This document shows, piece after piece, positions 28,916 to 39,319 of a stretch of 64,000 bases of DNA. A program made the position numbers and the translations under genes. This DNA is from Candidatus Nomurabacteria bacterium RIFCSPLOWO2_01_FULL_41_18 (lineage in GTDB: Bacteria; Patescibacteriota; Minisyncoccia; Phycocordibacterales; UBA9973): assembly GCA_001785865.1 (NCBI GenBank), contig MFUZ01000002.1, positions 22,128 through 86,127 on the forward strand, given 5' to 3'. Position 1 is the stretch's first letter. Each line of letters begins with the position of its first letter. The notes under the pieces are model-generated. The model saw only the letters and a program-made list of their open reading frames with translations, did not search any database and was not told the origin of the DNA.

Positions 28916-29974
28916 ATGAATTATAAAGAAAAACTTGAAGAACTTATCCTGACTGTCATCCGCGAAGGCGGATCGGATCTGCATTTGGGCACCGGGCGCG
29001 TGCCAGTCATCCGCGTCGCTGGGGAACTCATATCCTTGGTAAAGCATCCGGTTTTTACTGAAGAAGATACAATGGGAGTTTTAAGCGAGGTTTTGGAAAA
29101 GAAGATCTTAGATAGATTTCTTGAAAATCAAGAAGCGGATTTTTCCTATGATTATCGGGGCGAAGCACGCCTCCGCGGGAATGCTTTTTTTCAGAAGGGA
29201 CTTATTTGCATAGTTTTTCGGCTGGTGCCGAAGGTAAAAACTATGGCTGAATTGCATCTGCCTCCCATTCTGGCCGACTTGGCTCGAAAGAAGCAAGGCT
29301 TTTTCCTGGTAGTCGGTCCGGTAGGGCAAGGAAAATCAACCACTCTTTCTGCGATGGTGGACTTGATCAACAATGAGCAAGCGCGCAATATTATCACCAT
29401 CGAAGATCCGATTGAACATGTGTATGTTCCTAATAAATCCATAATCAATCAGCGAGAAGTCGGCATCGATACCAGCGATTTTCATGTGGCACTCAAATCT
29501 GTTTTCCGCGAGGACGTAAATGTGATCTTGATCGGCGAAATGCGCACCCCGGAAACAGTGGCCACGGCTGTGACTGCAGCGGAGACAGGGCACCTCGTGC
29601 TCTCGACTCTTCATACGAACAACGCCGCTCAGACCATAGATAGAATAATAGATTCTTTTCCAGGCGAACAACAGGATCAGATTCGCACCCAGCTTGCATC
29701 CAGTCTTCTTGGCATTTTCTCGCAAAGACTCATCCCTAGGATCACTGGCGGGCTCATTCCGGCTTATGAGCTCCTCCTCAACAACAACGCAGTCTCGAAT
29801 CTGATCCGGGAGAAACGCACGCATGAGATAGACGTCGTCATAGAAACCGGCTCGGGGTCCGGGATGATCGATCTAAACCATTCGCTGACGGAACTAGTGC
29901 GCGCCGGAGAAATATCGATAGAAAATGCCTACCAATATTCTCTCAATCCAAAGGGTTTAGAAAGAATGATTTAG
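28916..29974 (+). CDS. pilT: Type IV pilus retraction ATPase PilT
   Basis: SDLHL, GPVGQGKSTT, EDPIE, QREVG, AAETGHLVLSTLHT, VSNLIRE. Confidence 0.93.
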   Translation: MNYKEKLEELILTVIREGGSDLHLGTGRVPVIRVAGELISLVKHPVFTEEDTMGVLSEVLEKKILDRFLENQEADFSYDYRGEARLRGNAFFQKGLICIVFRLVPKVKTMAELHLPPILADLARKKQGFFLVVGPVGQGKSTTLSAMVDLINNEQARNIITIEDPIEHVYVPNKSIINQREVGIDTSDFHVALKSVFREDVNVILIGEMRTPETVATAVTAAETGHLVLSTLHTNNAAQTIDRIIDSFPGEQQDQIRTQLASSLLGIFSQRLIPRITGGLIPAYELLLNNNAVSNLIREKRTHEIDVVIETGSGSGMIDLNHSLTELVRAGEISIENAYQYSLNPKGLERMI

Positions 29975-30016
29975 GCTTTATAACTTTATGAACTTTCAAC
30001 TTTATAACCCATAGCC

Positions 30017-31225
30017 ATGTTATTCAAATACAAAGCAATAGATGGAGGGGGTGGAAATAAGGAAGGGGAAATCGACGCGCCAAATCGCGATATGGCGATA
30101 AGTGGTTTGCAGAGGAGGGGGTTGGTGATCATTTCCATCAAGGACGAAAAAGAAAACAAATCCATTTTTGAGATTTCTTTTTTTGAGAAAGTTTCAAATA
30201 AGGACGTGGTGATCTTGTCCCGCCAGATCGCTACTTTGTTTGAAGCGCAAGTCTCTGCTCTTAAAGCTTTCACTATGCTTGCTACCAATACTGAGAACAA
30301 ACTACTCGGCAAGAAGCTAAACATGGTGGGCGATGATCTTCGGGCGGGTATTTCCATTTCCGGGGCGCTCGCTAGGCACCCAGATGTGTTTTCCAATTTT
30401 TACGTGAACATGGTCAAAGTGGGAGAGGAAACAGGAAAGCTAAACGAGACCTTCTTGCATTTGGCGGAATATCTGGATCGCCAGTATGCGCTCACTTCAA
30501 AGACGAGGAATGCGCTCATTTACCCTGTATTCGTGATCGTGACTTTCATAGTGGTGATGACCCTCATGTTCGTGATAGTGATCCCGAAACTTTCCGCGAT
30601 CATCCTCGATTCCGGGCAGGAAGTGCCCATCTATACAAAAATAGTTATCTTTATTTCAAATCTCTTCGTGCATTACGGCTTCTTTCTCTTGATATTTGTG
30701 GTCTTGCTTGGCCTCTGGTCTTGGAGGCTTGCGATCACCGAGAGGGGGAAAGAGTATCTGGATTCATTAAAGCTCTCTCTGCCAGCTGTAGGTAATCTGT
30801 ATAAAAAATTATATCTCTCCCGCATCACCGACAACTTGAATACGATGCTTATCTCCGGTGTGCCGATCGTCCGATCCATAGATATTACCGCAGAAGTAGT
30901 CGGTAGCCGCGTATATAGGAATCTCTTGAAAGAAGTGGCAGACGGGGTCAAATCCGGCTTGGCGCTTTCAGTCGCCTTCGATAAGCACAAGCAAGAAATC
31001 CCAAACATCCTGGTGCAGATGGTGCAGGTGGGTGAAGAAACAGGCGCGCTCGGAACTATATTAAAAACGCTGACTGATTTCTATAAACGCGAGGTGGATG
31101 ACGCCATTGATACCTTGGTGGGCTTGATAGAGCCAGTTATGATAGTGGTTCTCGGTTTGGGGGTAGGTTTATTGCTTGTTTCGATACTGATGCCGATTTA
31201 CAATTTGGCAGGAGGGATTAGTTAA
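30017..31225 (+). CDS. pilC: Type II secretion F/PilC platform protein
   Basis: RQIATLFEA, GEETGKL, ALIYP, LIEPVMIVVLG. Confidence 0.92.
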   Translation: MLFKYKAIDGGGGNKEGEIDAPNRDMAISGLQRRGLVIISIKDEKENKSIFEISFFEKVSNKDVVILSRQIATLFEAQVSALKAFTMLATNTENKLLGKKLNMVGDDLRAGISISGALARHPDVFSNFYVNMVKVGEETGKLNETFLHLAEYLDRQYALTSKTRNALIYPVFVIVTFIVVMTLMFVIVIPKLSAIILDSGQEVPIYTKIVIFISNLFVHYGFFLLIFVVLLGLWSWRLAITERGKEYLDSLKLSLPAVGNLYKKLYLSRITDNLNTMLISGVPIVRSIDITAEVVGSRVYRNLLKEVADGVKSGLALSVAFDKHKQEIPNILVQMVQVGEETGALGTILKTLTDFYKREVDDAIDTLVGLIEPVMIVVLGLGVGLLLVSILMPIYNLAGGIS

Positions 31226-31226
31226 T

Positions 31227-31312
31227 CACCACCCCGTAGCCCCTCCTCAATAAGGAGGGGAGGAATCCCTCTCCTCCTTTGGAAGGAGGAGTGCCCGAAG
31301 GGCGAGGTGGTG
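31227..31312. repeat. Family A REP doublet
   Basis: CACCACCCC..CCCCTCCTCAATAAGGAGGGG..CTCCTCCTTTGGAAGGAGGAG..GAGGTGGTG. Confidence 0.8.
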
Positions 31313-31435
31313 CCTGTGGATAACTCACTTGTGCATATGTTTTGATGTATATGTTATAATTCAGCTATTAAAAATAAGTCGAAATTTCCGCCATAGGCGG
31401 ATAAGGTTATAAATTATTAATAATTAATTTTTATT

Positions 31436-31801
31436 ATGAAAATGAATTTGAAAAAAGGTTTTACGCTTATAGAACTCTTGGTGGTCGTTGCAATTATCGG
31501 TATTTTGGCTTCAGTTGTTTTGGCATCGCTAAATACGGCTAGACAAAAAGGTCAAACTGCCGCTTTCAAGGCAGAAATGTCTGGCTTGCGTGCAAACATA
31601 GTTCTCTACTGTGACGGTGTTGCCGATGGTGATGCTAATATAACCACTATTCCCGGAGGTACTACTTTCACAATGCCAGTAGCGGGTGTTGATTGCTTAG
31701 CGGCTGGAACTACTGTTAACCCTACTATTATTGCTGGGAAAGGGGGAACTTGTACTGCTGCTACTGTTACGGAATCTTTGATTACATTTACTGGTTGTTA
31801 A
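31436..31801 (+). CDS. Type IV pilin (probable major pilin)
   Basis: KKG|FTLIELLVVVAIIGILASVVLASL; C-terminal Cys residues; own promoter. Confidence 0.92.
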   Translation: MKMNLKKGFTLIELLVVVAIIGILASVVLASLNTARQKGQTAAFKAEMSGLRANIVLYCDGVADGDANITTIPGGTTFTMPVAGVDCLAAGTTVNPTIIAGKGGTCTAATVTESLITFTGC

Positions 31802-31902
31802 TGAGAGCAAGCGAGTAGAGTCCTTGATATTAGGGAAAAAGTCATCCACAAGATGGCTTTTTCTTTTACCATTTTGTTTTTTAATCGTGCTATAATAAAT
31901 GA

Positions 31903-32733
31903 ATGTTTTCATTGTTAACGGTTATCTTTTTTGCTCTCGGCCTCATCATCGGCAGTTTTTTAAATGTGGTAATTTTACGGCTGAACACAAAGAAAACACT
32001 CGGCGGGAGGAGTGCTTGCATGGTGTGTCAGAGAGAGCTCCGTTGGTACGAGCTCATTCCTGTTTTCAGTTTTTTTACCCTACAGGGCAGATGTCGCACT
32101 TGCAAAACCAAGATCTCCATTCAGTATCCGCTGGTAGAGCTCACCTCTGGGATCATTTTCGCGCTCATATTTTTAAAGTTTTCCACATTGAGCGGGTTCG
32201 TATCCCAGGCAAACGATTGGTATGTTTGGTTTAGTCCGGAGTTCTTGATCCCTTTTTTATTCTATGCAACTGCTTTTTCTATCCTGCTTGTCATCGCAGT
32301 CTACGACTTGCGTCACAAAATAATTCCTGACTTACTAGCATTCATTTTCGGAGTGCTCGCTTTTATCGGTCTTTTCTTATTTTCTAGTTATAATTTATAT
32401 TTGCATGTTCCTTCCGTTTGGGAATTTTTAGCTGGACCGTTCATTGCCCTGCCTTTTGCTTTTTTTTGGCTCGTATCCCGTGGCAGGTGGATGGGTCTGG
32501 GAGATGCCAAGCTCGGGCTCGGTATCGGCTGGCTACTTGGCCTCACGGGTGCGCTTTCGGGCCTGGTGATCGCTTTTTGGGTGGGGGCCATAGTCGGAGT
32601 TGCCCTCATTATTATTTCCAAAAGCAGACGAAAAGGCAGAATGGGGATGAAAAGCGAAATTCCATTTGCTCCGTTTTTGGTCCTGGGAACATTCCTCGCA
32701 TTTATGTGCGGGTTTAACTTTTTTGGATTATGA
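31903..32733 (+). CDS. pilD: Prepilin peptidase (A24)
   Basis: GSFLNVVILR, RSACMVC, GRCRTC, YDLRHKIIPD, MGLGDAKL, IPFAPFL. Confidence 0.93.
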   Translation: MFSLLTVIFFALGLIIGSFLNVVILRLNTKKTLGGRSACMVCQRELRWYELIPVFSFFTLQGRCRTCKTKISIQYPLVELTSGIIFALIFLKFSTLSGFVSQANDWYVWFSPEFLIPFLFYATAFSILLVIAVYDLRHKIIPDLLAFIFGVLAFIGLFLFSSYNLYLHVPSVWEFLAGPFIALPFAFFWLVSRGRWMGLGDAKLGLGIGWLLGLTGALSGLVIAFWVGAIVGVALIIISKSRRKGRMGMKSEIPFAPFLVLGTFLAFMCGFNFFGL

Positions 32734-33440
32734 AAAAATTATTTAAAATAGAAAAGAATAAGAGACTTGCCCGCTGTCAGGCGGGGATGACCCATTCGAT
32801 TAACTCAGGCCTTCGCTCTGAGACTCAGGCTCGAAGAGGTCATCCCGAGTATTCCCGAGGGATGACCTATGTGGAGCTCATCGTCGTCTTGAGTATTTTT
32901 GCAGTGATGTCTACAATTGTGATGTTCAGCTACAACAAATTTCAGGCGAAAGTGGACGTCAAGAATCTAGCGAGCGATATTGCTTTGAAAATTATCGAGG
33001 CGCAAAAGTCCGCGGTAAATGGTGTTTTGCCTTTCGGCTACACTCCCGACGTCGATCCTTGGAAGCCGTCTTATGGGATTTATTTTAATAAATCTTTAAA
33101 TCCGGATCCAGATAATAACAATACTCCCTTCAATGAAGAATTTACTTATTTTGCTGATTTAGATCAAGGTGGCGATTTAGATAATCTTGAGGTCTTAAAT
33201 TTTACTAAAATTATAAAAGGCGATACCATATCTAGTATAGAAGAATGTGATAGTGGTGGTTGTAGCTCAATTGGGGGGGATGATTTAACTATTATTTTTA
33301 CTAGACCAGATTCCAGTGCAGTTTTTTCCAGTGGCACAAGTGGTTCAGATTATATTCAAATCACTGTAGAATCCCATAGGTCGTCTGATATTAAAGCAAA
33401 AATCAAGATTTATCCTTCTGGCAGGGTGCAAATAGATTAG
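32730..33440 (+). CDS. Minor pilin with repeat-expanded leader peptide
   Basis: RG|MTYVELIVVLSIF cleavage motif after a 44-aa leader. Confidence 0.85.
   Translation: MKKLFKIEKNKRLARCQAGMTHSINSGLRSETQARRGHPEYSRGMTYVELIVVLSIFAVMSTIVMFSYNKFQAKVDVKNLASDIALKIIEAQKSAVNGVLPFGYTPDVDPWKPSYGIYFNKSLNPDPDNNNTPFNEEFTYFADLDQGGDLDNLEVLNFTKIIKGDTISSIEECDSGGCSSIGGDDLTIIFTRPDSSAVFSSGTSGSDYIQITVESHRSSDIKAKIKIYPSGRVQID
32784..32867. mobile_element. Nested palindromic insertion with direct and inverted copies of target GGGATGACC
   Basis: GGGATGACC at 32784 and 32859 (75 nt apart, in frame), GGTCATCCC at 32838. Confidence 0.65.
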
Positions 33441-33476
33441 CTTTTAGGTTTTGGCTCATAGCTTGTAGAATACAAA

Positions 33477-34142
33477 ATGCAAAACAAGATTAAAAAAATA
33501 AATACTGGTCGTCAGATCCTGAACTTGTCGAAGGGCTATACGATAATCGAAACGATGATCTCCGTTTCGCTTTTTCTTGTTATTGTCATGGCGGGCATGG
33601 GTGCGCTCCTCAATTCTAATTTGCTTCATCAAAAATCTCGAGACATGCGCTCCATTATGGATAATTTAAGCTTCATTATGGAAGACTTGTCGAAGAACTT
33701 GAGGACTGGGTACAATTATCATTGTGTTGATGATCTTTCTAATGATTTTACTATACCAGCAAGTGGTGAAGATTGTTTTGGAATTGCGTTTGAACATCAG
33801 GATGGTGAAGAAAGCGATCCAAGTGATCAGTGGGTTTATATCATAGGTAATGATGGTAAGATTTATAAATCAACGGAAAATGCTGCTGGTAGCGAAAATT
33901 TTGTTCAACTTACTCCCGACGAAATCGAGATTGATACAACCAAGTCCGGGTTTTCAGTAACAGGCGCAGAACCGCCTGATATCTGCGAGCCCCCAACTTG
34001 TATCCCTCGGACCGTAACAGGGAATAAGGAGCAGCCTTTTGTTATAATTAGATTAACCGGAACCATAACTTCAAAAAATACTATTGAAACACCTTTTTCT
34101 TTACAGACCTCAGTTTCACAACGAGCCATAGATAAAAGATAA
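33477..34142 (+). CDS. Minor pilin
   Basis: KG|YTIIETMISVSLF. Confidence 0.85.
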   Translation: MQNKIKKINTGRQILNLSKGYTIIETMISVSLFLVIVMAGMGALLNSNLLHQKSRDMRSIMDNLSFIMEDLSKNLRTGYNYHCVDDLSNDFTIPASGEDCFGIAFEHQDGEESDPSDQWVYIIGNDGKIYKSTENAAGSENFVQLTPDEIEIDTTKSGFSVTGAEPPDICEPPTCIPRTVTGNKEQPFVIIRLTGTITSKNTIETPFSLQTSVSQRAIDKR

Positions 34143-34149
34143 TAAAAAA

Positions 34150-34707
34150 ATGAAATTATTTTTTAAAAAATTTAATACTTCTAATCAGGGATTTACTCTA
34201 GTGGAGACACTTGTGGCCATTTCAATTTTTACTGTGTCAATCCTGGGCATGATGTCCGTCTTGGCCTCCGGCGTTTCTAGTACTAGTTATGCCAGGCAGA
34301 AGATATTAGCCGGATATTTAGCGCAGGAGGGCATAGAATATGTGCGGAATATGCGGGATACTTATATGTTATACCCTTTAGGAGCAAACGATTGGGATGG
34401 TTTTAATAATGAATTTACTTCTTGCAAGCCAACGCCTGGCAATCCCAAAGGTTGTGGTTTTAATGTCACTGATTTTCCTTATGATTTTACTGTGTGTCAA
34501 TCTAATGGTGGAAATTGCGAATTGTATTTAGATGACGAGGGATATAACATTACCAGTGGAGAAGAAACTGGTTTTATCCGCAGAGTTTGGGTGGAAGAAA
34601 TCGAACCAGATAAAGAAGCAAAAATTTTTTCCAAAGTTGAATGGACACAGGGTTCTGGCAATAAAGAAGTCATTTTTTCAGAGAATTTATTTAATTGGGT
34701 GGAATAA
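34150..34707 (+). CDS. Minor pilin (PilV-like)
   Basis: QG|FTLVETLVAISIF, LAQEGIEYVRNMRD. Confidence 0.88.
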   Translation: MKLFFKKFNTSNQGFTLVETLVAISIFTVSILGMMSVLASGVSSTSYARQKILAGYLAQEGIEYVRNMRDTYMLYPLGANDWDGFNNEFTSCKPTPGNPKGCGFNVTDFPYDFTVCQSNGGNCELYLDDEGYNITSGEETGFIRRVWVEEIEPDKEAKIFSKVEWTQGSGNKEVIFSENLFNWVE

Positions 34708-34709
34708 TT

Positions 34710-35240
34710 ATGATACTAGAAATAAAAAAACAGAAAAATGAGGCCTGCCCGCAATGCTTAAAGCATAGCTTTTGCAGGCGAGGATTCGTAATGCTTTTTG
34801 CAGTTACTCTGTCGGCGCTCGTCTTGGCTATGGCCTTAGGAGTATCCGACATAGCGTTTAGAGAATTGCAATTTGGCACTTCAGCCAGAGATACCAACGA
34901 GGCATTTTTTGCCGCCGATATCGGCTATGAATGCGCGCTCTATTACGACCAGCCTTCCACAAGGCTTTTTCCTCATTTTACTGAAGATCCTTCTCCTCCT
35001 TCCGTACCTAATCCAGAATGCGCTGGTTACGGAGTTGTTGTTTTTCCTACTGATACAAATGAATGGGAATTTACTTTACATGATCTGGGTCAGACAGAAC
35101 AAGCTTGCGCTAAGGTAACTGTTGATAAGTCGACCCCAAACACTATTATTACTTCCAACGGATATAATGTTGGTAATCAGAACTGCGAGCCAGTAGCAAA
35201 TAGTGTAGAACGACAACTAGAAATAACATATCGAAGATAA
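34710..35240 (+). CDS. Minor pilin (PilX-like)
   Basis: RG|FVMLFAV without E5, AFFAADIGYECALY. Confidence 0.82.
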   Translation: MILEIKKQKNEACPQCLKHSFCRRGFVMLFAVTLSALVLAMALGVSDIAFRELQFGTSARDTNEAFFAADIGYECALYYDQPSTRLFPHFTEDPSPPSVPNPECAGYGVVVFPTDTNEWEFTLHDLGQTEQACAKVTVDKSTPNTIITSNGYNVGNQNCEPVANSVERQLEITYRR

Positions 35241-37412
<2,172 letters not shown>

Positions 37413-37425
37413 GTTGAATATGAAC

Positions 37426-37515
37426 GGAGGCGTCGGATAGTGGTTTATTCCACCACCTTGGAAAGGTGGCAGGCTCGAAAGGGTCTCGTGAGTTCAAATC
37501 TCACCGCCTCCGCCA
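37426..37515 (+). tRNA. tRNA-Ser(GGA)
   Basis: GGAGGCG/CGCCTCC-GCCA, CCACC-TTGGAAA-GGTGG, long variable arm. Confidence 0.95.
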
Positions 37516-38379
37516 ATGAAAAATATTTTCAAAAAAATATTACTGCTAAATAAAAAAGAAGGAGAAACCCCGCTAGAAGCTCTAGAGAATTTTCGCAGAA
37601 AGAAAAGCAAGAAAAATAAAAAATATAAAGATGTGAAGATGACTTATGCTGGACGTCTAGACCCCATGGCGAGTGGACTTTTACTTGTGTTAGCAGGCGG
37701 AGAAACAAAAAATAAAGAAAAATATTTAGCTTTAGAAAAAGAGTATGAATTCAGTGTGCTTTTTGGTTTTGCGACAGATACATATGATATTTTAGGAAGA
37801 GCACAATATTCCAACATTCTAAAGAACATTAGAACGATAAGATCAAAAAGTGAGTTAGAAAAAAAGATAAAAGAGAATTTGAAATCTTTTGTCGGTAAAT
37901 TTAAACAAAAATACCCGATGTATTCATCAAAAACAGTTCATGGTAAGCCACTTTTTACCTATGCGAGAGCGGGAAAGGCGGTAGAAAGTCCAGAGCATGA
38001 GGTGAATGTAAAGAGTTTGAAGTTTCTTAAAATAAGTAAAATAAATAATACAAAACTTTTAGCTAATATTGAAAAAAGAATAAAAAAAGTAAAAGGGGAC
38101 TTTCGACAGAAAGAAATCTTAAAAATTTGGCGGAGATATCTCAAGGCAAATCAGATAAAAAATTCCTCCGCTTTCCTCCACGCTACGCGTGGACCCTTCC
38201 GCGTTCAGAATTCTTTATCTGATTTGCCTGTATTTTTCATTGCTGATTTTTACATCAAATGTGGTAGTGGGACTTATGTGAGAAGTATCGCTAACGACTT
38301 AGGAAGAAAGATTAAAATCCCAGCACTTGCCCTCTCTATCAAAAGAACAAAAATTGGCAAGTGGAGGCAAGTGGAGTAG
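37516..38379 (+). CDS. truB: tRNA pseudouridine synthase, TruB family
   Basis: YAGRLDPMASGLL, KEYE, TDTYD, QKYPMYSS, GKPLF, CGSGTYVRS. Confidence 0.88.
   Translation: MKNIFKKILLLNKKEGETPLEALENFRRKKSKKNKKYKDVKMTYAGRLDPMASGLLLVLAGGETKNKEKYLALEKEYEFSVLFGFATDTYDILGRAQYSNILKNIRTIRSKSELEKKIKENLKSFVGKFKQKYPMYSSKTVHGKPLFTYARAGKAVESPEHEVNVKSLKFLKISKINNTKLLANIEKRIKKVKGDFRQKEILKIWRRYLKANQIKNSSAFLHATRGPFRVQNSLSDLPVFFIADFYIKCGSGTYVRSIANDLGRKIKIPALALSIKRTKIGKWRQVE
38144..38229 (-). mobile_element. Family C structured coding insert, copy 2 (truB)
   Basis: 22-bp arms (1 mismatch) flanking a 42-nt core; encodes KNSSAFLHATRGPFRVQNS. Confidence 0.85.
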
Positions 38380-38388
38380 AATATAACA

Positions 38389-39315
38389 ATGCTATTTTCA
38401 GCCTTGATTACGATAGTAGGTCTTTCGCTTTTTGAGGCAGTTTCGTCTGTGGATAACGCTATTATCAATGCGGAAGTGCTTTCTACGATGGGTGCCAAGG
38501 CAAGGCGCTGGTTTCTAACTTGGGGAATGTTTATAGCGGTGTTTCTCGTTCGCGGACTTTTGCCTTTTATAATAATCTGGGCTTTTAATACGTCGCTTAA
38601 CCCTATGCAGATTTTATCAGCTGCATGGTCTTCCGATCCTTTAGTTTTGGAGTCTATAGAAAAATCAGCTCCCATACTCTTGGTGGCGGGCGGAGTGTTT
38701 CTGCTTTTTCTTTTTTTACACTGGTTATTTTTGGAAGAGAAGCATCTGGGACTACCGATTGCTGAGAAATTTTTTATGTCCAAAGGAGTCTGGTTTTATG
38801 CGACGGTTTCTATTTTGCTTGCAATCATATCATGGTTTGCTCTAAAAGAAAGTAACTTGATGGGTTTTGGTGCTGTGGTTGGTTCTAGTCTATTTTTCAT
38901 TACCCACGGTTTCAAACAAAATGCTGAAGAGCAAGAAAGGAAGTTGCTGGGTAGTGCGCATTCAGACTTGAGCAAGCTTTTTTTCTTGGAAATAATTGAT
39001 ACGACATTTTCTATCGATGGCGTTCTAGGAGCTTTTGCCTTTACACTTTCCGTGCCTCTCATTTTGCTCGGCAATGGCTTTGGCGCTCTACTAGTACGAC
39101 AAATTACAATAAGTAATATAGAACGTATTAAAAGATATGTTTATTTAAAAAATGGCGCGATGTACTCGATACTCGTTTTGGGTGTTATTATGATATTACA
39201 TAGTTTTGGTTTTCACATTCCGGAATACTTATCTCCGCTTGCCACGTTTATCATAATTGGATTTTTCTTTTGGAAATCAAAAACACACCTTCAATTAAAT
39301 TTAAGTAGAATTTAA
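38389..39315 (+). CDS. DUF475/TerC-like membrane protein
   Basis: EAVSSVDNAIINA, FLTWG, LEIIDTTFSIDGVLGAFA, YLKNGAMYSI. Confidence 0.85.
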   Translation: MLFSALITIVGLSLFEAVSSVDNAIINAEVLSTMGAKARRWFLTWGMFIAVFLVRGLLPFIIIWAFNTSLNPMQILSAAWSSDPLVLESIEKSAPILLVAGGVFLLFLFLHWLFLEEKHLGLPIAEKFFMSKGVWFYATVSILLAIISWFALKESNLMGFGAVVGSSLFFITHGFKQNAEEQERKLLGSAHSDLSKLFFLEIIDTTFSIDGVLGAFAFTLSVPLILLGNGFGALLVRQITISNIERIKRYVYLKNGAMYSILVLGVIMILHSFGFHIPEYLSPLATFIIIGFFFWKSKTHLQLNLSRI

Positions 39316-39319
39316 ATAA

